From an uncultured Candidatus Saccharibacteria bacterium (lineage in GTDB: Bacteria; Patescibacteriota; Minisyncoccia; Phycocordibacterales; UBA3531): a DNA stretch of 64,000 nucleotides. The notes beneath the pieces were generated by a model, which did not search any database, was not told where the DNA came from, and saw nothing but the letters and a program-made list of their open reading frames with translations. Location: positions 20,917 through 84,916 of the forward strand of contig CAYIAA010000001.1 in assembly GCA_964361405.1 (NCBI GenBank), written 5' to 3'. A program made the position numbers and the translations under genes. Each line of letters begins with the position of its first letter. Within the stretch, counting starts at the first letter, position 1. Below are positions 44,253-54,504 of this stretch, piece after piece.

Positions 44253-44978
44253 ATGGAAGCGCTTAAAATTGAACACCTACGAAAGTCCTATGGCGGAACT
44301 CATGCCGTTGACGATGTCTCGTTTGAAGTGAGGGAAGGGGAATTCTTCGGATTCCTCGGACCGAACGGGGCAGGAAAGACAACAACGATTCATTGTATTA
44401 CCGGCATATCGCGGATTGATTCCGGTTCGGTAAAGCTCTTCGGAATAGACGCGGTAAAGGATTATCGTGCGGCTCGGTTTAAGGTCGGACTTGCACCACA
44501 GGAATATAATGCCGATTTCTTTGGAACTACGTATAAAACTTTAGACTACGTCGCCGGCTACTATGGGGTTCCGAGTAAAAAGCGTAAAGCCCGCATCAAC
44601 GAACTCCTTGAGCGATTTGGACTCACGGAGCATGCAAAGAAATCCTTCCGAGAACTCTCAGGAGGACTCAAACGCCGCGTGATGCTTGCGCGCGCCATGG
44701 TGCACAATCCCGATTTACTTATCTTGGACGAGCCCACGGCCGGTGTTGACGTTGAGCTTCGCCATGAGCTCTGGAAGCATCTCCAGGAACTCAATAAAGC
44801 AGGGAAGACTATACTTCTCACCTCACACTACCTTGAAGAGGTGGAAATGCTTTCAAGTCGGATCGCAATCATCAATCGCGGGAAAATTGTTGCGATTGGG
44901 GACAAGAGCGAATTTGTGAAAGACGGAAAGAACCTTGAGAAACGGTACTTAGAAATAACACAAGGAGAATCATGGTAA
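44253..44978 (+). CDS. ABC-2 transporter ATP-binding protein (YadG-like)
   Basis: GPNGAGKT, LSGG, LILDEPTAGVD. Confidence 0.92.
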   Translation: MEALKIEHLRKSYGGTHAVDDVSFEVREGEFFGFLGPNGAGKTTTIHCITGISRIDSGSVKLFGIDAVKDYRAARFKVGLAPQEYNADFFGTTYKTLDYVAGYYGVPSKKRKARINELLERFGLTEHAKKSFRELSGGLKRRVMLARAMVHNPDLLILDEPTAGVDVELRHELWKHLQELNKAGKTILLTSHYLEEVEMLSSRIAIINRGKIVAIGDKSEFVKDGKNLEKRYLEITQGESW

Positions 44979-45736
44979 ATTGGATTGGACTGTATACGCT
45001 TATTCGGCGGGATGTCGAGCGAATGTTTCGTGTTACAGGACAGACCTTGGTAACGCCCTGGATTTCTTCACTCCTTTATATTTTTATCTTCGGAAAAGTC
45101 GTGGGGAGCCGTATTGATCTCATTGCCGGAGTTCCGTATATCAATTTCGTCTTACCGGGTATTCTCATGATGAACGTTATCGCTTCGGCTTTCGCTCACA
45201 GCTCAAGCTCGGTATACTTCCAGCGGTTTCTTCGGACAATCGACGAGATACTTGTTGCTCCACTTTCTCATCTCGAAATGATTGCAGGATTTGCTGTAGG
45301 AGCCATCATTCGTGGACTCGTTGTTGGCGGTGGAATTTACGTCATCGCCATTTTCTTCGGCGGGGCTGGCATTGACCATATCGGGCTTTTTGTCTTCTAT
45401 ACGGTTGCCGTTTCCACCATCTTCGCCCTCTTAGGAATCCTTGTCGGTCTCTGGGCGAACGGCTTTGAGCAGTTAAATATTTTGAGCACTTTCGTTATTA
45501 TGCCTTTATCGTTTCTGGGTGGTGTTTTCTACTCCGTCACCATGCTCCCAGCAAAGGCACAACTTATTGCCTATTGGAACCCTTTCTTTTACTTTATCGA
45601 CGGCATTCGCTACGCAATGATTGGCACCAGAGAATCAAACGGAGTTTTTGGGTATGTGATGATTTTTAGCCTTGTGACGGTTTTGGGCGTTTTGGTCCAC
45701 GAGCTTTTTCGCCGTGGTTGGCGCTTGCGCGGGTAA
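44972..45736 (+). CDS. ABC-2 transporter permease (YadH-like)
   Basis: Six TM segments, FLGGVFYS, NPFFYFIDGIRY. Confidence 0.9.
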   Translation: MVNWIGLYTLIRRDVERMFRVTGQTLVTPWISSLLYIFIFGKVVGSRIDLIAGVPYINFVLPGILMMNVIASAFAHSSSSVYFQRFLRTIDEILVAPLSHLEMIAGFAVGAIIRGLVVGGGIYVIAIFFGGAGIDHIGLFVFYTVAVSTIFALLGILVGLWANGFEQLNILSTFVIMPLSFLGGVFYSVTMLPAKAQLIAYWNPFFYFIDGIRYAMIGTRESNGVFGYVMIFSLVTVLGVLVHELFRRGWRLRG

Positions 45737-45888
45737 GGGAATTCCTACCTAAGAGGCGTCTTGCTTTTTAGATGGGTGAACTCAACTGAAAAGTACGTAA
45801 AAAACGGCTTAAAATAAAGCTTTTTTAAGCCTTGCAATCAGGGGTGGGGTAGGGTAGTATCCTCTCCGCTTGCTTAGTTAGGGTGTAC

Positions 45889-45950
45889 TTGACAAATTTT
45901 AGAGGATAAGGTAGAATAGTCTTATAAGCAGCCGGGAAACGGCTGTTTTT
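45889..45950 (+). promoter_or_regulatory. Consensus sigma70 promoter followed immediately by a terminator-like hairpin
   Basis: TTGACA(45889)-17 bp-TAGAAT(45912); GCAGCCG-GGAAA-CGGCTGT-TTTT at 45928-45950. Confidence 0.7.
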
Positions 45951-46030
45951 AATTTTAGGTTATCCAACTCCAGGCTGGTTAATCTTCCTTGAGTTGGTGG
46001 TCGCAAGTACCTCTAATAGCGAGCACAGCT

Positions 46031-46456
46031 ATGTTCATTAGAACGATTCTTGGAATACTCACCGCGGCGTCCCTCACCATTGCACCGCAGGGGTTTTCAA
46101 TCCCCGGGGTGCTTGTGGCTGTAGCGGAGGCTCCAGGGATGGAGGATATTCCAGAGTTCCTCGACCCATTCGTCGGTTACCCGACCTTAAAGCGTATCTG
46201 TTCGTGTGAGAGCAATCTGCGGCAATACGCTTCCGACGGAAAAACGGCGCTTCGGGGAATGGTGAATTCCTACGACATTGGGATTTGTCAGATCAACGAG
46301 ACATATCACCAAGGTGACGTTGAGAAACTCGGTGTTGATATTCACACCAAGGAAGGAAATATCGCCTTTGCGAAAAATCTCTACGACCGAAAAGGTGCCG
46401 CTCCGTGGATTTGGAGTAAACCTTGCTGGTCACGGGAAGATACTCCCGTTCAATAA
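46031..46456 (+). CDS. Secreted lysozyme-like/SLT-fold protein
   Basis: Signal peptide, ICSCES (catalytic Glu), DIGICQIN, GAAPW..SKPCW; start at ATG 46031. Confidence 0.75.
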   Translation: MFIRTILGILTAASLTIAPQGFSIPGVLVAVAEAPGMEDIPEFLDPFVGYPTLKRICSCESNLRQYASDGKTALRGMVNSYDIGICQINETYHQGDVEKLGVDIHTKEGNIAFAKNLYDRKGAAPWIWSKPCWSREDTPVQ

Positions 46457-46463
46457 AAATCAC

Positions 46464-46497
46464 AAAAGACCCCGCGGAGCGCGGGGTCTTTTGTTTT
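46464..46497 (+). terminator. Intrinsic terminator
   Basis: AAAAGACCCCGCG-loop-CGCGGGGTCTTTT. Confidence 0.8.
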
Positions 46498-46526
46498 AAG
46501 TATATCAGTGGGTCTATAATGGCTCT

Positions 46527-47330
46527 ATGTCGGACGTCCAAGTGTTTCAGAGAAAAGTTTTCGCATACTATCGGAAACATGGACGGCATTTTCCATGGCG
46601 AGAGAGCTATGATCCTTATCGAATCTTTATCTCTGAAGTCATGCTTCAGCAGACGCAGGCAGACCGAGTGGTGAAAAAGTATGTCGAATTTTTGGAGATA
46701 TTTCCGACAGTTCATTCCCTTGCTTCTTCGTCTTTCAACCGCGTTATTCGTTCATGGCAAGGACTTGGATACAACCGAAGGGCACTTTACTTGAAACAAG
46801 CGGCCAAAGTGATTGTAGAAAAATACGAAGGACATATTCCTCGGGAGGAGATGAAACTCCGCGAGCTTCCTGGTGTCGGCCCTTATACCGCTGCTGCGGT
46901 ACCCACCTTTGCCTACAACATTCCGACCGTCTTCATTGAAACGAATATCCGAAGCGCTTTCATTCATCACTTTTTTTCTGCACGGAAAAAAGTAAAAGAC
47001 AGAGAAATAATACCCCTTATCAGAGATGCCCTTCCTCGCCGAAATCCGCGGGAGTGGTACCAAGCGCTCATGGATTACGGTGCTTATGTAAAGCGCATCC
47101 ATGGGAATCCGGGGCGGCGTAGTGCACACCATGTACGCCAATCATCCTTCCGAGGATCTAACCGCGAGATTCGCGGCGCTATCGTCCGGTTACTCGCAGA
47201 AAAAAAAATGCGGGAAACGGAACTCACAGAGCGCCTCACGGCCGATCGAGCGCGGGCGCGAGAGAATCTCTCACGGCTTAGAGAAGAAGGTATGATTAGG
47301 AAAAGATTTGGTATCTATGAAATTATTTAA
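46527..47330 (+). CDS. mutY: A/G-specific adenine glycosylase, short form lacking the Fe-S motif
   Basis: FPWR, SEVMLQQTQ, WQGLGYNRRA, LPGVGPYTA. Confidence 0.88.
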   Translation: MSDVQVFQRKVFAYYRKHGRHFPWRESYDPYRIFISEVMLQQTQADRVVKKYVEFLEIFPTVHSLASSSFNRVIRSWQGLGYNRRALYLKQAAKVIVEKYEGHIPREEMKLRELPGVGPYTAAAVPTFAYNIPTVFIETNIRSAFIHHFFSARKKVKDREIIPLIRDALPRRNPREWYQALMDYGAYVKRIHGNPGRRSAHHVRQSSFRGSNREIRGAIVRLLAEKKMRETELTERLTADRARARENLSRLREEGMIRKRFGIYEII

Positions 47331-47432
47331 TACACTTTATACATGAAAGGAAAAAACTACTCAAAAATTGGAAAGAGAGAAGGTAAGCCGACATACCGGA
47401 CGGCTTCGGCATTCCGGTCGCGCAAACATTTC

Positions 47433-48713
47433 TCAACTACGAGACAGTCCCGACGAAGCGGGCTTCGATAGCGGATCGCAAACAGCGCACATACTCGGGG
47501 TTTTGCCGAAGAGTGTGGAAACGGCCGTTTGTAACGGGAGAATAGAGAGGTAATAGCGAATATCCGCAGTTTTGCGGAGTATCCATCCGGAGATTCCATA
47601 GAAGGAAAGCGGCCCAAATAAGGTGGCAGCCCAGTATGCCCCAACAGGGAGGGCGAGGTGGTTTTTTTGGGGAATATAGGATTTTAAGGGCATATTTCTT
47701 ACAAGACGCGCAATATTTTGCCCGATCGATCGTCCATCCACGATGGCGGTTTGCGCCATTCCGGCGAAAGGAGTTTCTGCTCCGTCTCCAGCGATAAAAA
47801 TGTTTTCTGTTCCTGCCGCGCGGAGGTAGGTATCGACTTTTACGCGCCCGTTTTTTTCAAGCGAAAGACCTTCAGTTTCCCGATACAGGCGGTTTGGTAT
47901 GAGCCCCGCCGTCCATATTACCGTTTCCGTTTTCATTGTCATTCCACGCACTTTGATGCCCTCCACCTCTTCGGCAAGAAGGGCGCGGTTCACGAAGATG
48001 TTGACGCCGAGCGACCGCAAGCGTGCGGAGATTCTTTCGGCAACTTTTTCGGGGAATGAGGGGAGGATGTGGGCCGCGGATTCGAGAAGATCTATGGTGA
48101 TGAGAGACCGGTCGACGCGGTAGCGGCCGGCGAATTCCTGCGCGCAGGCGGCGAGTTCGCCGGCAATCTCGACGCCGGAAGGGCCGGCGCCGACAATGAC
48201 GAAATGAAGCAGGCAGAGGGCCCTTTCCCCGCCGTCTTTTTGGAGCGCCGTTTCTGTTTCGGGTTGAAGCTTGTGGCAATCCGCGTAGAGACGCTCAATG
48301 TGACGGCGGAGAGCCACGGCCTCGGGGATAGTTTTGAATCCGTAGGAAAATTCTCTCAGGCCAGGAATATCAAAATAGGCGGTGTCGGTGCCGAGGGCGA
48401 GCACCAAAACATCGTATTCATGCACTGCGCCGGAGGAGCAGGCTACTTGCCCGCCCTTGATATCAATTTTTGTGACCGAATCGCAAACAGTTTGAACGGA
48501 ACTTTTCGAGAAAATATCGCTTAAAGGAATACAGACTTTTTTTGGAGAAGTGCCGGTGACGATGCGGTATGTGCCCGGCGTAAATTCGTGGTGGGGTTTA
48601 TCAGAAATAAGCGTGACGGAAACGTTCCGCGCACCGCTTCGCGCCAGCTTAAGCGCAGTCGCAACTCCACCGAAACCGGCGCCTAGTATGAGTATCCGTT
48701 TGTTCCCGCTCAT
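47433..48713 (-). CDS. ndh: Type II NADH dehydrogenase-like FAD oxidoreductase
   Basis: ILGAGFGG, IVGAGPSGVEIAGE, WTAG, IFIAGD, AQTA. Confidence 0.85.
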   Translation of the reverse strand: MSGNKRILILGAGFGGVATALKLARSGARNVSVTLISDKPHHEFTPGTYRIVTGTSPKKVCIPLSDIFSKSSVQTVCDSVTKIDIKGGQVACSSGAVHEYDVLVLALGTDTAYFDIPGLREFSYGFKTIPEAVALRRHIERLYADCHKLQPETETALQKDGGERALCLLHFVIVGAGPSGVEIAGELAACAQEFAGRYRVDRSLITIDLLESAAHILPSFPEKVAERISARLRSLGVNIFVNRALLAEEVEGIKVRGMTMKTETVIWTAGLIPNRLYRETEGLSLEKNGRVKVDTYLRAAGTENIFIAGDGAETPFAGMAQTAIVDGRSIGQNIARLVRNMPLKSYIPQKNHLALPVGAYWAATLFGPLSFYGISGWILRKTADIRYYLSILPLQTAVSTLFGKTPSMCAVCDPLSKPASSGLSRS

Positions 48714-48984
48714 TCTCTTTGGAGAAAAATGGCACTATAGCTATAGATGCCAGTTTTGATTTTATAGATGCGGAATAGGTGAAATTTATTTGTCGCAGAT
48801 ATCACGCTGGAAGTTTACCATGGAGCCGATTTTCCGGTGAACGTTTCTAGCGTATTGGGATTTATTTCAATAGCCGGTGGTTTTTTCGGGGGGTTAGTTG
48901 ATGTCCCGCACTACCGAGTTGACTCGACCTCGCGGCGTAGTTCGCAATATCCACTGCAGATGTTCGGCAAGAAACGAAACCCCG

Positions 48985-49611
48985 TCATCCTCGGTACTCG
49001 AGCGGGTGCTGGAAGATCAGATACTGCACGCCTGCGATTCCGCTCGCCTTTACCGCATCTGCGACCGAGCGGTGCACGATCACCGCGGCGACGTTCTCCG
49101 CGAGGCGGAAGAGCTTACGGTTTCCGATTTTGCTCGGATCGAGAACGAGCTTGTGGAACCAGGCACTAATCAGCATGTCGCCGCTAAGGGGCGAGCCCGT
49201 CATCGTGGAACCCACCATGTCCACTGCGCTCACGAGTCCGACGAAGTTGACCGCCTCGTGCGTTTTGAACTCGCGACCGGTACGAACCTCCCGAATCAGC
49301 GCCGGATACGAGTCGATGTTGTCCACGCCTGCGGACCGCAGAACTCCGGTGAGCTCGGTCGACATCAGCGGGGCGCCGAGCGCCCGGTAGTACGGGCGGA
49401 TCTCGCCTTCGTCAGGGGGATCGATCTCGTACACCAGCGGATTCGGGACAGCGATGTCGATGCGCGCGCCCGTCATCCAGTTGTCGTGCGTCGGGGGCAG
49501 GCGCGGCTGGGTGGAGATCCGAGCCCCCCCGCGGCCGATGCTCGACAGGAAGACATAGTAGTCGGTCTCCGGCAGCGGCTCGGAGTCGTCGTCTTCCCAC
49601 AATCCACTCAT
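48985..49611 (-). CDS. DUF1629/Imm11-like immunity-family protein in a high-GC segment
   Basis: PLMS..L..VL..AGVDNI..YPA and LVLD...I...KLFRLAE....IV pattern recalled for Imm11/DUF1629; GGGAG RBS upstream; GC-rich codons. Confidence 0.6.
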   Translation of the reverse strand: MSGLWEDDDSEPLPETDYYVFLSSIGRGGARISTQPRLPPTHDNWMTGARIDIAVPNPLVYEIDPPDEGEIRPYYRALGAPLMSTELTGVLRSAGVDNIDSYPALIREVRTGREFKTHEAVNFVGLVSAVDMVGSTMTGSPLSGDMLISAWFHKLVLDPSKIGNRKLFRLAENVAAVIVHRSVADAVKASGIAGVQYLIFQHPLEYRG

Positions 49612-49813
49612 CGCTTCGTCTCCCTCGCTACTACGTTCGAGTCTCCGATCGTGACCAGCATCTCGACTAGGGTCAGCCCTCGGGCGTAGACCCTACGGGC
49701 GAGCCCTCGGGTGGTGGTGCTTGGTGAAGCTTCCATGCTCATAGTTTAATTGCTGAAGGGTTATTAATACAAGAGGGTGGCTTCCAAGCCGAGAATGCTA
49801 TAATCCTTACACT

Positions 49814-51232
49814 ATGGAGTTTTTGCCGACAATCGGCCTCGAAATCCATGCCGAACTCAAGACCAAAACCAAGATGTTTTGCCCTTCGCCGAATAATTCT
49901 GATGAGAAGCGGCCGAATGTGAACATCTGCCCAATTTGTATGGGGCATCCAGGTACGCTTCCGACGATTAACAAAGAGGCAGTTATGCATGTCATTAGAG
50001 TTGGGAAGGCGATCGGGGGCGATATCGCCGACTTTACGGAGTTTGAGCGCAAACACTATTTTTACCCCGACATTCCGAAGGGGTATCAAATTAGCCAGTT
50101 TCGGTACCCTATCGTATTTGGCGGGAGCTTAAACGGTATTGCAATCACCCGCGTGCACCTCGAAGAAGATACAGCGCGCTCCATGCATGATGCAGACGAC
50201 GAATCGAGTCTTGTTGATTTTAACCGCGCCGGAATCCCCTTGATGGAGCTTGTTACCGAACCAGTCATAAAAAGTGCTAAGGAAGCGGGGGATTTTGCCC
50301 GCGAGCTTCAGCTCACTATCCGCTATTTAGGGGTGTCTGAGGCGAATATGGAAAAAGGAGAAATGCGGGTTGAGGCAAACATTTCCATTGCTCCCGAGGG
50401 GTCACGTGGTACGAAAGTTGAAGTGAAAAATCTCAATTCGTTTCGAGTTGTCGAAAGGGCGATTGAATTCGAAATAAAGCGCCAGTCCGAAACGCTTCTC
50501 GGTGGAGGAAAAATTGTACAGGAGACACGTGGATGGAATGAAAAGACGGGAAAAACATTTTCACAGCGCTCAAAAGAAGAAAGTCATGATTACCGATATT
50601 TTCCGGAACCGGATCTTCCCCCCATGCGGCTTTCTCTCGTGCCGGAATTTCAGAATCTCGTATTGCCGGAACTGCCAAAAGAGAAGAGAGAAAGATATCG
50701 GAAGGATTATGGAATTAAAAACGAAGATATTGAAAGTTATATCGTGAACGTGCCGCTCGGTGGGTTTTTTGAAAGTGTCGCGCGAAGTCTCGGGGATGAT
50801 TCGGAAGCGATGAAACTCGGGTCAAACTATATAACATCGGACATCGTCGGCATTTTGAAAACTGAATCTCATGACATATCTGCCGAAAGAATCGGGAAAC
50901 TCGACGCGAGTGATTTTGCGGACATGGTTATGATGGCAAAAAAAGGAGAGGTATCGTCGCGCGGGATGAAGGATATTTTACCCGTCGTGATGCGCGAAGA
51001 AATGACAGCGCGCGAAATCGCACACAGAATGAATGTTTTTCAAAAGAGTGATGAAGGAGAACTCAAAAAAATTATTGAAAAAGTTATCAGTGAAAATGAA
51101 AAAGTTGCTGAAGAATATCGAGGTGGAAAGGAACAGTCGCTTCAATTTTTAGTCGGGCAGGCGATGAAAGAGTCCAAAGGAAGCGCGAATCCACAAGTCT
51201 TGGCCGAGCTTTTTCGCAAGGTGTTACAATAA
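49814..51232 (+). CDS. gatB: Asp/Glu-tRNA amidotransferase subunit B
   Basis: IGLEIHAEL, YFYPDIPKGYQISQ, HLEED, DFNRAGIPLMELVTEP, DYRYFPEPD. Confidence 0.98.
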   Translation: MEFLPTIGLEIHAELKTKTKMFCPSPNNSDEKRPNVNICPICMGHPGTLPTINKEAVMHVIRVGKAIGGDIADFTEFERKHYFYPDIPKGYQISQFRYPIVFGGSLNGIAITRVHLEEDTARSMHDADDESSLVDFNRAGIPLMELVTEPVIKSAKEAGDFARELQLTIRYLGVSEANMEKGEMRVEANISIAPEGSRGTKVEVKNLNSFRVVERAIEFEIKRQSETLLGGGKIVQETRGWNEKTGKTFSQRSKEESHDYRYFPEPDLPPMRLSLVPEFQNLVLPELPKEKRERYRKDYGIKNEDIESYIVNVPLGGFFESVARSLGDDSEAMKLGSNYITSDIVGILKTESHDISAERIGKLDASDFADMVMMAKKGEVSSRGMKDILPVVMREEMTAREIAHRMNVFQKSDEGELKKIIEKVISENEKVAEEYRGGKEQSLQFLVGQAMKESKGSANPQVLAELFRKVLQ

Positions 51233-51238
51233 AAGGGC

Positions 51239-52264
51239 ATGAAACGGATTAAAGTCGCAATCAACGGACTTGGACGGATTGGGAGGGCTTTCCTTAAAAT
51301 CGGGGTTTTGCGCGATGAGCTTGAAATCGTCGCGGTTAACGACTTGGGTGACATCAATAATCTTGCCTATCTTTTGAAGTATGACAGTGCATACGGCAAG
51401 TCCGATTTGGATATCAAAGTCGAGGGTGGGGAGCTGGTTGTGAATGGCAATCGTATCAAGGTTTTAGGGGAGAAAGACCCCAGAGAGTTGCCGTGGAAAG
51501 ATCTCGGTGTTGAGGTCGTGGTTGAATCCACCGGATTTTTTGAGACTTATGAAAAGTCAAAAGCGCATTTGGATGCGGGCGCACAGCGCATCGTGATTTC
51601 CGCTCCGGCAAATGACGAACCACCGGAGGGTATTGTCGGCGGGACTATTCTCATGGGAATTAATGAGGGCGCGCTCGAAACTTGCCAGATAAGTTCGAAT
51701 GCGTCGTGTACAACAAACTCCGCAAGTCCTTTGATGCAGATTTTGAATGAAACAATTGGCATCGAGAAGGCGATTTTGAACACCGTGCACGGGTATACCG
51801 GTACCCAGAAACTTGTGGATTCTCCGGACACGAAGGACTGGCGACGCGGGAGAGCTGCGGCAGTAAATATTGTTCCTTCAACAACAGGAGCGGCGATTGC
51901 CCTTACCAAGGCCATGCCAGACCTTTTGGGAAAATTCGACGGTATTGCAATGCGTGTGCCTGTGCTCACGGGCTCAATAGCGGATATCACATTTATTGCA
52001 AAGCGTTCTACAACGGTGGATGAGGTAAACGACATTTTAAAAAAAGCCGCAGGGGAAGAACGATGGAAAGAGATATTTACAACAACTGACGAACAAATTG
52101 TTTCTTCGGATATCGTGGGGACTCCGTATGCCGCGATTGCAGATCTTTCATTCACAAAAGTTGTCGGGGGGAACCTGGTCAAAGTGCTATCGTGGTACGA
52201 CAATGAAATGGGGTATACCTACACGCTTGTTCAACACGTTATCAAGAGCGGATCGTATCTCTAA
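51239..52264 (+). CDS. gap: Glyceraldehyde-3-phosphate dehydrogenase type I
   Basis: INGLGRIGR, SNASCTTN, WYDNE. Confidence 0.98.
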   Translation: MKRIKVAINGLGRIGRAFLKIGVLRDELEIVAVNDLGDINNLAYLLKYDSAYGKSDLDIKVEGGELVVNGNRIKVLGEKDPRELPWKDLGVEVVVESTGFFETYEKSKAHLDAGAQRIVISAPANDEPPEGIVGGTILMGINEGALETCQISSNASCTTNSASPLMQILNETIGIEKAILNTVHGYTGTQKLVDSPDTKDWRRGRAAAVNIVPSTTGAAIALTKAMPDLLGKFDGIAMRVPVLTGSIADITFIAKRSTTVDEVNDILKKAAGEERWKEIFTTTDEQIVSSDIVGTPYAAIADLSFTKVVGGNLVKVLSWYDNEMGYTYTLVQHVIKSGSYL

Positions 52265-52284
52265 TTTTGTAATTCTGTACTAGA

Positions 52285-52737
52285 ATGAAAATTTTCATTG
52301 CATCGGACCACGCAGGGTTTCTATTGAAGGGAAAACTGATAAAACTTCTCGGAGGGCTTGGGATGGAAGTCTTTGACAAAGGCCCATCCTCGCAGGACGA
52401 TACTGACGACTATCCCGATTTCATTGGGCCGGTCGCACGGGAGATTTCAGAGAATCCGAAGACCTTCCGCGGTATCGTGATCGGCGGCTCGGGGCAAGGC
52501 GAAGCAATGGTCGCAAATCGTTTTCCAGGAGTTCGCGCCGCAGTCTACTACGGGGGAAAAAATGATGTTGTCGCGCTCTCGCGAGAACACAATGACGCGA
52601 ATGTACTCGCCCTCGGCGCGCGCTTCGTCACCGAAGATGAAGCGCGCGACGCAGTGAAGCTCTGGCTCAAAACGCCCTTCAGTCAGGAAGAGCGGCACGT
52701 GAGGAGAATTGAAAAAATTGAAGTGATGACAAAATGA
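52285..52737 (+). CDS. rpiB: Ribose-5-phosphate isomerase B
   Basis: ASDHAG, DDYPD, GGSGQGE, REHNDAN, RHVRR. Confidence 0.95.
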   Translation: MKIFIASDHAGFLLKGKLIKLLGGLGMEVFDKGPSSQDDTDDYPDFIGPVAREISENPKTFRGIVIGGSGQGEAMVANRFPGVRAAVYYGGKNDVVALSREHNDANVLALGARFVTEDEARDAVKLWLKTPFSQEERHVRRIEKIEVMTK

Positions 52738-53381
52738 TTATCATTCCCGCCGTTCTTGGGGCTAATGCGGCAGAAGTCAAAGAAAAACTTTCGAAAGTGG
52801 TTGGGCATACCGAATGGGTGCACATTGACGTTGTTGACGGAAAATTTGCCGAGCCGGAGTCGTGGCATGCGCCGCTTGATCTCTGGGAAATCATTGGGAT
52901 TCCCAAGGTGGAACTACATCTTATGGTTGCCGATCCCATAGCCGCGATTCCCGAGTGGGTGAATTCACCGATTGACCGCATACTTTTCCATATGGAATCA
53001 AATGGTGATAAAAGAGCGCTCATAGAAAAAATCAAAAAGTACAAAATGGAACCGGGACTGGTACTCAAATTAGAAACCGATATTGGCGCGGTAGACCCAT
53101 ATCTCCGCGAGGTGAATGTCATTCAACTCATGAGTATCGCCCAAATCGGTGCTTACGGCGCGCCTTTCGATGATCGTGTACTCGCTAAAGTAAAGGCACT
53201 CCGTCAAAAATGGCCCAATGGCACAATTGGAATTGACGGTGGGGTCAGCAAAGAAAATATCGGACAACTGCGCGATGTCGGCGTGACCCAATGCGCCGTT
53301 GGCTCGGCGGTATTTGGAGGAGAAGACATAGCGTCGGCAATTCAACACTTAGGAGGTGTGTCTATATCATCCAATGTCTAA
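52734..53381 (+). CDS. rpe: Ribulose-phosphate 3-epimerase
   Basis: HIDVVDG, ELHLMV, IDGGV, VGSAVF. Confidence 0.9.
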   Translation: MIIIPAVLGANAAEVKEKLSKVVGHTEWVHIDVVDGKFAEPESWHAPLDLWEIIGIPKVELHLMVADPIAAIPEWVNSPIDRILFHMESNGDKRALIEKIKKYKMEPGLVLKLETDIGAVDPYLREVNVIQLMSIAQIGAYGAPFDDRVLAKVKALRQKWPNGTIGIDGGVSKENIGQLRDVGVTQCAVGSAVFGGEDIASAIQHLGGVSISSNV

Positions 53382-54273
53382 TCTCACCGATGAAAAAATA
53401 AAGGCGCTTGAAGTCAAAGCGAACGACATTCGCGAGACGCTCATTGAAGCCCTGATAGAGGCGGGGAGCGGGCACAGCGCCGGGTCGCTCGGGATGGCGG
53501 ATATTCTTACCCTCCTCTTTTTCCATGTCTTGAAACACGATCCGAAAAATCCTTCGTGGGAGGGGCGTGATCGCTTAGTGCTCTCAAACGGGCACATCTG
53601 CCCCGTGCTCTATTCGGCGATGGCGCATGCCGGGTATGCGAGCGTGGATGAATACAAAAAAACGCTCCGCAAATTCGGCACCAAGTTCCAGGGTCATCCA
53701 CACCGCGATTTTTTTCCTGCTCTTGAAACAAGCTCCGGACCCCTAGGGTCGGGTCTTTCGCAAGCCGTCGGGATGACACTCGCCGACCACATTGACTATG
53801 GTCGCACTAGCGGGAGATATTTCTACGTGCTTATGAGCGACGGCGAGCTCGATGCGGGAAATTCATGGGAAGCCGCGCTTCTCGCGGGGAAACATAAACT
53901 CCACAACTTAATTGCCATCATCGACCGGAACAATATCCAGATTGACGGCTACACAGAAGACATCATGCCGCTTGAGCCTCTTGCCGCGAAGTTCGAGGCA
54001 TTTAATTGGCATGTAATTGAAGCCGACGGACACGATTTCCGGGCAATGGACGAAGCGATTGGCGAGGCGCAAGCAGTATTTGAAAAACCGAGCGTTATTA
54101 TTGCGCACACGATTCCCGGAAAAGGAATCGAGTTTATGGAGCATCGTTTCGAATGGCATGGTGTGCCGCCCGGACAAGGACCAGAGAATATCGTGAAAAA
54201 GGGCGAGCAGGGGGTGGCTGCACTTGCCGCGCTTCGCACCTTGGGAGGGAAAATTAGAAGCGAGCACGAATAA
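53374..54273 (+). CDS. Transketolase N-terminal subunit
   Basis: GSGH, DRLVLSNGH, QGHP, SDGE..G..WEA, DRNNIQIDG; start at ATG 53374. Confidence 0.95.
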   Translation: MSNLTDEKIKALEVKANDIRETLIEALIEAGSGHSAGSLGMADILTLLFFHVLKHDPKNPSWEGRDRLVLSNGHICPVLYSAMAHAGYASVDEYKKTLRKFGTKFQGHPHRDFFPALETSSGPLGSGLSQAVGMTLADHIDYGRTSGRYFYVLMSDGELDAGNSWEAALLAGKHKLHNLIAIIDRNNIQIDGYTEDIMPLEPLAAKFEAFNWHVIEADGHDFRAMDEAIGEAQAVFEKPSVIIAHTIPGKGIEFMEHRFEWHGVPPGQGPENIVKKGEQGVAALAALRTLGGKIRSEHE

Positions 54274-54295
54274 TCCTCGTGTATCTTACACTTAC

Positions 54296-54320
54296 CACTT
54301 GGAAGCTTCGCTTCCAAGTG
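54296..54320. repeat. Perfect palindromic hairpin (REP-like)
   Basis: CACTTGGAAGC-TTC-GCTTCCAAGTG. Confidence 0.7.
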
Positions 54321-54385
54321 CGGGTTTTGTACCAAGAAACCAGAACTCTATGCCAGAGCATATTAAAGTATTTTACCGGGAACTA

Positions 54386-54504
54386 TTGACATAGCTATTC
54401 TAAAGATGTAAGCTATAAAAAGCAGTTCTTTTGAACAGAATAAGAATCAGAGGTTTGTTACAGCAGAAAGCATCCGGCAAGGATTTTTTCTGCTGTTACG
54501 AACC
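54386..54504 (+). promoter_or_regulatory. Sigma70 promoter and structured 5' leader of inserted gene
   Basis: TTGACA(54386)-17 bp-TAAGCT(54409); long hairpin GGTTTGTTACAGCAGAAA...TTTCTGCTGTTACGAACC (54452-54504). Confidence 0.6.

Noticed and set aside
45841-45856. G-quadruplex
   Set aside because: Only three closely spaced G-runs of three or more
48894-48970. Integron attC site after the high-GC gene (GCCGAAC on the minus strand)
   Set aside because: No matching GTTRRRY end or convincing attC hairpin in the correct orientation, and no intI
48898-49689. 263-aa plus-strand ORF in the high-GC islet
   Set aside because: Arg/His-rich antisense shadow typical of high-GC DNA; the minus-strand ORF has an RBS and a family-like pattern
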